From: Raja brachyura
Lineage: Eukaryota
Length of the DNA: 64,000 bases
Reading direction: 5' to 3'
Assembly (NCBI GenBank): GCA_963514005.1
Contig: OY740792.1
Coordinates: forward strand, 39,866,001 to 39,930,000
Of this stretch, positions 52,401 to 61,400 are shown piece by piece (positions within the stretch are counted from its first letter, which is position 1; each line of letters starts with the position of its first letter). A program made the translations under genes and the position numbers. The notes beneath the pieces are model-generated. The model was not told where the DNA came from and searched no databases. It saw only the letters and a program-made list of their open reading frames with translations.

Positions 52401-55400
52401 CTAAATCTTTAATATCTATGAACCTGTCCACGTGCCTTTTAAATCTTATAGTACCTGCCTCGGCTACCTCCTTTGGCAGCTCATTTCACATACCCACCAC
52501 GCTCTGAGTGAAACACGTTGCCCCTCGGGTTCCTATTAAAGGGCCTGTCCCACTTGGCCCTCATTTGCGCGCCATTTACGCAACCTCCAAAAATGTGATC
52601 ATCGCGTTGTGACGCATGGGTAGTGTGTGCATGGCGTGGGACGGGCGCATTGAGAGGTGTGGAGTTGGTGGAGGATTTTGTGCTGCACTAAATTCTCGTG
52701 CGCCACCTGCGTGAGGTATCGCGTACACACGCTGACGCATTGGCTTCGAACACTGGTGTCCCGACGTCTCATGTGTATCGCGTGGCGACGCATGGTTACG
52801 TCACTGTGCTTAACCATGCCTCGCTGCGCGCTGCAGGATATTCTAATGACGTCACGTGCATCAGACGGCATGATGACACGCGATTTGCGCATGACGTCGT
52901 GCGTGATGACTCGTCGACCTATTTTAGATATGACACGTAAATGAGGCGCAAATGACGGCCAAGTGGGACATGCCCTTAATTCTTTCCCCTTTCACCATAA
53001 ACCTACATCCTCTACTTCTTGATTCCCCTACCCTGGATAAAAGACTCTGTGCATTGATCCAATGGATGCGCTTAATTATTTTATCCACTTGCATAAGATT
53101 ACCCCTCAGCCAGATCTTTGTGGGATTCCATTAATAGAAACATGCCAAGCAGAAGAAGTCATTTATTTCTTCTCTCTTGCTTTCTGTTCTTTAGTCAATC
53201 ATTTACTGACTTGTTGAAAAGTGTAAGTGTAAAACTGTCAAATTCACCATACAGTTAAGTATTAGTTTTTGCATGTATCTTCTACCGATCAATGTCAGTT
53301 TCATGTGGCTGATGAAGGTAATGCAGTAATTTGTAAATGAACTTCCAAAAGGTGCTTGACACAATGTTGTATAATTGTCTTGTTACCAAGGATGATGACC
53401 ATTGAATAAAAGGTTTTTTTTTGGATTGGGAGAAAGCGTACAATAGAGTTTCCAGGAATCTGTTTTAGGTCACTGATTTTTTTTTAAATAGGTTGTGATT
53501 TGGACTTGAATGTACAGAGCATGATTCCCAAATTCACACATGGGTGACAGATGAAATGTAATGCTTAGAAAAAGGTTTTACATTTAGGAAGAATAAAGGC
53601 AATGCAATCTAGAGGATACATTTCTAAAATGCATACAATAACAGAGATATATAGGTATAGGCTCCAGATGGTTGGCAGGGCAGGTTGAGCAAGTGGTTGA
53701 GAATCTGGACACCCACAACATGACTTCCAAGATTTTTGAAGCAACCTTTCCAAATCTGTCATTTTGTTCTTTCCCTTTTTCAATATCTTCCCATTGCCCA
53801 CTTATATTTACTGAAATCCCTTATTCTACCATGGTGTTTATGTTACCAACACTGTATCATCATCACTACCATCATACCTCAGGTATTTCAGGCCCACAAA
53901 TGGATTAGAACACATTCAGAAGTAATAAAAACAGAATTAGGCCATTCAGCCCATCGAGTCTACTCCGCCCTTAATCATGGCTGAACTATCTTTCCCTCTC
54001 AACCCCATTCTCCTACCTTCTCCCCATAACCTTTGACACCCTTACTAATTAATATAGAACAGTACAGGTACAGGGTTTGCAGCCATGATGCCAAGCTAAA
54101 CTAATCCCATCTGCCTGCACCTGATCCATGCTCCTCCATTCAATGCATATTCATGTGCCCATCTAAATGCCTCCATAACCACCACTATTATATCTTATTA
54201 TGTTGGAAATTTCAAGTTGTTCAAACAACGTTAACAAATTTAGAAAATATTTGCCAATTCAACATACAAGGCTTCGATTGATTATCCTACGCAAAATAGT
54301 TTTTTCAACGCTACAACCTTTTAGCTTAAGACAATAACCGTTGAAATATATGGAAGCTCAATAACAACAAAAATGTGTATGTAAAAGGCTTTAATGGAAC
54401 AAAAACTCCCACGGCCTTCCACAGGGAAGGCTATTGAAGAAGACTCAAGGCCACCGAATGGTGATACAAGTTCAGATGACAGCTTGCTTTAAGAGGAATA
54501 TTTGAAAACGGGTAGAAAAACATTGAGGTTAAAGGAGGGAGATGAAGGCTAGTGAATTGAAAGATTGGGGCATCTTGGCAGGTACATTTGAGCAGAAATA
54601 ATGCATAAGAACACAAATTTATTCTATTTCCATGTCGTTTTTTTCCCCCACAAATCTAACATTTGTTTCATAATTCATTGTGTTTTTCTTCCCCAGGAGG
54701 TCGTATTGTACTGCTTGGAAAACAAGGTTTGTGATGTAAATCATCACGATAATGCAGGTTATTGTGCTCTACATGAAGCCTGTGCCAGAGGATGGCTCAG
54801 CATTGCATGTCACCTTCTGGAACATGGAGCTGATGTCAACTGCAGTGCCCAAGATGGAACAAGGTATACATTTTCTCTGGTTATTGGAGTCATTCCTGGC
54901 TACTCCCTCCTCCCCCCTCGCCTAACAGGCAACAGGCCCTTCAGCCCAACTTACCCGTACCGACCCAGATATCCCATCTACATTATTCCCACCGGCTAGC
55001 ATTTGGACCAAATCCCTCTCATATGTACCTGTTCAAATGTTTTTTTTTTTTGCCTAGAAATTACTTTGTTATTTTTGTTTAGCTGAGCAAAGTAGAATTA
55101 AACAAGGAATGGAGCATTTTCTCATTGCAGCACCAAGTTTCAGCCTCATGTGTGACAGAGAGTGAATGAGTGAGATGGTTGTGGGTACGAGTCCTGAGAT
55201 TTAGACTATTATAGTGTGGTGATGTGAGAATGTTTCCTTGTGCTTAGTGCCATCTTTTTGGTAAAATATTAAATCAAACCAGGAAGCACACAAAATTACA
55301 GATGCTGTAATCCTGAGTAAAAAAAAACAAGTGCTGGAGGAACTCAGTGGTCAGGCAGCATCTAAGGATGGAAATGGCCAAACAACAGTTTGTCTGTTCA

Positions 55401-58400
55401 TTTTGGTTCTCACTTTGTCTTTTAGTCAATAAAGCAAACCTGTTTGTTATCCCAGATGAATTCTAACTGTCCAAGCACCAATTTGAAGAGCAGGGGAGTT
55501 ATTTCCAGTGTCCAAATCAATATTTATAGTGCAATTAAGGTTACCAAAAATAAAATAGAATGTCCGGACATTGTCATCCATGTTTGTTCATGTTTACTGA
55601 GTGACTAATCTTCATTAGCTGTAATATGCTTTGTGATGTCTAGATATGATGCAAGGTACTATACATGAGTATTTTATTTTAAATAATGTCAAATACATTG
55701 CCCAATGTAGCCAAGAGGTATTCAGATAGGACATGTTACAACATGATCTCTATGAGCACAGTGATAGGGAGCTATATTTGTCATTAGTAATGTTGCTCAA
55801 TTGACCCTTTTATATCCAGTATTTCTGTCTTTCTACCGCTATACATCTGATTCTTAAACAAATACTCCCTAAATAAAATATGACTGAGTTTACCCCTGCA
55901 TATGCAGCTGCATGATTAATTTGGGCTGCAGAGAACCATCAAAACATCCCCAACAAACAGCAATCCTGTATTCTTCTCAAAGGAAGTAAAATTACTCATT
56001 CAAGCTTAATGCCAAACTGGTGTTTATTGGTCTCTGTTGGAATATACCTAATTATGGACAAATTGGTCACCGCTACAAGGTTATCATGAATGATCAGTGT
56101 TCNNNNNNNNNNNNNNNNNNNNNNNNNNNNNNNNNNNNNNNNNNNNNNNNNNNNNNNNNNNNNNNNNNNNNNNNNNNNNNNNNNNNNNNNNNNNNNNNNN
56201 NNNNNNNNNNNNNNNNNNNNNNNNNNNNNNNNNNNGAACAATTATATATATATAATGGTTCCCTGGTAAAGTTCAATTTGGGCATTAATCCCCATATGTC
56301 ATTAACCCATCATAAGTTACAGCAGAAGTGAGAGGAAGGAAGCATGCTAGTCGATTGTCAAATTAATTAGCTTTTTTTTCTGCAGGCCAATCCATGATGC
56401 AGTAGAAAACGATCACTTAGAAGTGGTCCGACTCTTGCTTTCATACAGTGCAGATCCAACTCTGGCCACGTACTCTGGTCGAACTATTCTCAAAATGGCA
56501 CATAGTGAAGTGATGGAAATGTTTCTGTCAGGTATGTTCATGTTCTAGTTCAACTTGTGCTTTGTAAAATTCCCTCTGCTGTAAACCTAGCAGCGCAACA
56601 GTGGAAGACTAAAAACAATTTAATTCAAGTAATTACCACAGGTTATATTTTAATGGGATATTCTCTCCTATGAAAAACATGACATTGTAAGAATAGCTGA
56701 CAAGAATGAAATCTAGAATGGTTGACTGTAGCAAGAGTGCATAATCTTAATATGGACAAATTATCTTTCTGTGGATAGATTTAGATAACCTGAAACCAGC
56801 ATATTTAAAACTGTGTGTAGATGTGTCCATCCTTTTTCTCCAGAGATGTTGCCTAACCCGCTGAGGTACTCAAGAACTTTGTGTTTATCTTCTATATTTA
56901 AAATTGTAATATTCCATTGGCTCAATAGATTGTTTTTAAATGTTCTTCAAGCCTTGTGTATATACTTTGAGCTAACACAGAGAATGTGCTGCCAGGGGTG
57001 GTCATGGAGACAGATATGATAGTGGCGTTTAAGAGGCTTTTAGTTTGGCACATGGATATGTGGAAAATGGAGGGATATGGGTCACACGGCAGAGGAGATT
57101 AGTTTTATTTAGCATCCTGTTCGGCACAGACATTGTGGGCCGAAGGGCCTGTTCCTGTGCATTACTGTTATATGTTCTCAATGTTTTGGGGGATGTTGGA
57201 ATATGTAATTTAAGATTATAGATCTGATTATAGATCTGAATGAAAATAAAATGATTTCAGATATTGGACATCTGAAATTAAAACAGAAAATGCTAGAAGC
57301 ACTAGGCAGGTCAGGCAGTATCTTGAAGAGAAAAAGTTAATGCTTCAGGTTTGCGACACTTCACTTAGACTGGTTCTTTTCTGACGAAGAGTCTTGGACA
57401 TAAAAAGTACAGAGATTGTCAATGACTTGGCCTGGGTAACTGGTCATTTATTTAACTGCTGTGTGTGTGTGTGGCACCATACTGTCTGTTTGCAATCTTT
57501 GTCTATAAGTTATTGATCTCAAAAATAATTAATTGGCTGCTACATACTTTGCTTGGGCTAACCCTGAGCATGTGAAATGTATAACACAAGTTGTCACATG
57601 AGTTAATTCAGTTTTAATTTGATCATTGTTAGCCCGTTATTTGGGGCCGTCTTGTTGAAGTTGATAAGACAATAGTGGCACAATGCTTCCATTGGAAGTC
57701 AAGTCAGCAAGTGCGTGTACTAGTGGTGTACTGAGCACATGTTCCCAATGACAAAAATGCAAGGTCAGCATTAAGGAACAGTCCAGGTGCATTAAATATT
57801 ACATACAGTACCCAGTTGATCAAAACTTGGCAAGATTTTAGACATGGGCTCAGTGATAGAGTAGCTGTCTTATAGCCCCAGGGACCTGGGTTTGATTCTG
57901 ACTACGTGTGCTGTCTGTACAGAGTTTGTACATTCTCCCTATGACTATGTGAGTTTTTTCTGAGTGTTCCGTTTTCCTTCCACATGCGAAAGATGTGCAG
58001 GTTAATTGACTTCTGTAAATCGTCCCTAATTTGCAGGGTAAAACTAGTGTACAGGTGGGCCGAAGGGCCTGTTTCCATTCTGTATCTCTGAAACTGAAAA
58101 CAATGAATGGGAATGGTTCAGGTTGGGCATAGATGTACGTGCTTTCATCACATGATGTTGTACACGATGACAATGCCAACTTACAAAGCAGGATCTTTTT
58201 TTCTTAAGGATTGGGTGTAATGTATAATGCATGATAATAAGTATGCTCTCAGCACAGTCATTGAGTTAAAGATGAGGTCAAATGCATATCCAAGTCCACA
58301 GCAATCAGTTAATTCTGCAGAAAACAAATTTGATCTGCTCAGAAAAGTGATTCTGTTTAATGAATGAAAGAAACAGAAGTGATGATAGAGACCAGTGCAA

Positions 58401-61400
58401 ACTCTCCTAATCAATATAGGGCAATTGCTTCAGATCCTGGCATCCAGAGATTGGCATTTGAGAGACTTTTGGATAGGCATACAAATATGGAGTGATGGAG
58501 TGATATCGATTATATGCAGGTAGATAGCATATTGTCTTGGCATCATGTTCGGCACAGATATTCTTGCCTAAAGGGCCTGTTCTGGTACTTTACTCTTCTA
58601 CGTTGTATGTTTGTAGTTTGAGATGGAGGATGGTTGTGTTCAAATGATCTGTAAGAATTTGGTCATAGTCACTTAGACCAATGCAACTTAATTTTTTTTC
58701 TATCTAGGAAGAGTATTACCATCTATATGTCACAGGGAAATTTAACTAAAAAAACATATTTAAACAGATGTATCTCTGCAATAGGATTGGACCCAGTTGC
58801 CTTTAGGAAGTACTTAACATAGCTGTTATTTTAATGAACACTAACACAGCTATCTGGCTGAAAAAACAGGCACTGATTTATGGTATCATCAAAGACTTAC
58901 TATTTGCCCAAAGAAACTTCTAACCTATTTGGGTACTATTGCTTGACTCCATAAGGGAGTGGTAGCACAAAATAATACAAATACCTGGCACTCTTGCATT
59001 GAATCTCAAAATGTGTAATTGCAGGTGTTTCTGGAGTCTATGCAAATCCAGTCAGATAACTTTACGCTGACTCGTATAGTTACTCGGTTAGCAGTTATTG
59101 TATGTACATATGTACATAACTAGGTTAGTACATATTGTATGTACATACATAAATACTCCCTCTGCTTAAAATAATTTACTGTTGATATAAAACATTCAGT
59201 TTGTTTAATTGTTTGTTTCTTTCTATAAATGCAGAATATTTTCCCTAATTATCTAAATAAAACACATGATTAATGGGGACACTGAATTAACAGTTGTTGA
59301 GTTGCTTTGAATGGACTTTGCTCTTTCATCAAAAAATACATTGTTACCTTTTTTCAAATACACCGCTGAACTAGCAGTCAAATCTCAATGATGCTTCATT
59401 GTTCTCGATACTCCTTCCCCACTTCACAAAAGGCAAATCTGTGTCATTGATAGCAGAGAACCGAACAAATAAACATGCAGCCTTGAAATGTCATAAAAAT
59501 GATGCCTAGTGTTTTGTGTAGCTATGTAATTATATTTTACATGTGAACATACATAAATGTCAGATGGGCATTGTCCATTTGGTGTAGTCTGCCACACAAC
59601 ATCATGATAGACTATGCATTACTACATCCCCTCGTCAAAGCCTGCAATCTCCTAGGAGAGATGAAAACCCAGGTTTAAAAATAAAGGGAAGTAATGTTGT
59701 AGGGTGAAATGGATCAAGAATGTTTTTCTTCAGATACTGGAATTTCATATGTAAATGACATTCTACATCTGGTCAAACACATTGTTACTTTATATTTACA
59801 TTTTTGGCTTTATCATTGTCAAATCAGCCATTTTAATTCAAACTTGAGTTGGGATAAATATTTTGCTGCTGGTTTCTGTTAATGTTTTTATGTTGTATGT
59901 CACAACTACAATGTGTAGTCATTTGGCCTTCAGTGCTTTGACCAATATGTGTGTTTTTACCTTACCCCCAGAGTATTTTGCCGACTTGCAAGGTCGAATC
60001 AATGATGACCCTGGTTTGTACTGGGATTTCTATGGCAGCTCCGCGTGTGGTGAGTGATACCCAAAGATACTGCAATTTCAGCAGAAAAATTATAATTAAA
60101 TATATACAAAAGTACTATATCAATGCAACAAATGAATTCCCTTCAAGATTAGGTTTTTTCTACATATTGTCTAGAGTTGGTGGGAGGGGATAGTTGAAAT
60201 GGATGAAGAAAGGACAGCAGTTGAAGGGACAGATGAAGAGGGGAGTTGAAGGGAAGAAACAAGAACTGAAGAAATAAAGGGAGAAGAGGGATGGTTAAGA
60301 TTAAGGGAGGGATAGAGACAGGAGGGAAGTGTGAGGGGGAGCACGATGTAGAGGTGGGGAGAAGAGGGTGGAGATTACTGTCACTGTCAGGCCTTTGGTC
60401 ACTGGAGTATATGCAGTAGGTTGTCCTTCATTGCTATAGCTTCAGGGCACAGTATGTCCATTGCACAGGGTGAGGTGGTAGAGTTTCACATTTTATTTTG
60501 CATTTGTGGTGGAAGTGAGTTAGAGTGGGATCCACCTGTGCTCTGTCATCATTGCAATAATACAAGGTGGCCTTAATAAACCTGTTAAATGGATGTATAA
60601 TTGTCAAATGAACCAATGTTTCATCTGCGTGGTGATTGTCTCCAATACCAACCTTCAACTCAATTTCTCCATAATTGGAGGACAGGAGATATTGTAGGAA
60701 ATTCTACCATGTGCCATAGCTTGAGTATTGGATCTGCTCCCTCAGGATGTAAACTGTTGTCGTAGTTACCTTCTACTCGGTGCACTACAGTAATTCACAG
60801 CTTTGATTAAAGTATCTACCAATCTCAAAGTCTCCAGCATCTGAAAGAATTTGTACATCAGGTACATGAGTCACCTCAAGGTCTCAGCATCATAACGTCA
60901 AAATATAGCTGCTTGATTGTCACTGGATCGAACTCCCAGAACATATATCTAACCGTGCTTGAAATTCCTTCACGCAGTGGACCAGACCAGTTCAAAGGGC
61001 TCAGTCTATCATTTTACTTGGCAGCTTAGGCTAAAACAATAAAAGAAAACTTTTAAATGTTAACTGGCTCTTGGGTTTTGGATATCGAACTGAACGTTAG
61101 TGCATCTTTGTTCCTTCTGGAATTCAATAACACGACTTGCATCAGATTTACCACGTTGATATTGTTTGAAAGTGGCCTGTGAATAGAACAAAAATATTTT
61201 GTAATATTATTTGTTTTATAAGTCATTTGATACTTTAAAAGGCAAAACATGATATGACAAGAAATATATCTGCATACTAATGAACTTTTGCAGTCTTTCA
61301 ATACTATACATTCCTGGCAGTTCATGCACCCAATTGGGTGAGTTGCTAATTGAACTCGCTCCCTTCCCAATGGGTGAAAACCCAATTGTGTACAAAGCCT

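Noticed and set aside
59098-59150. tatgtacata palindromic repeats
   Set aside because: Low-complexity simple repeat.
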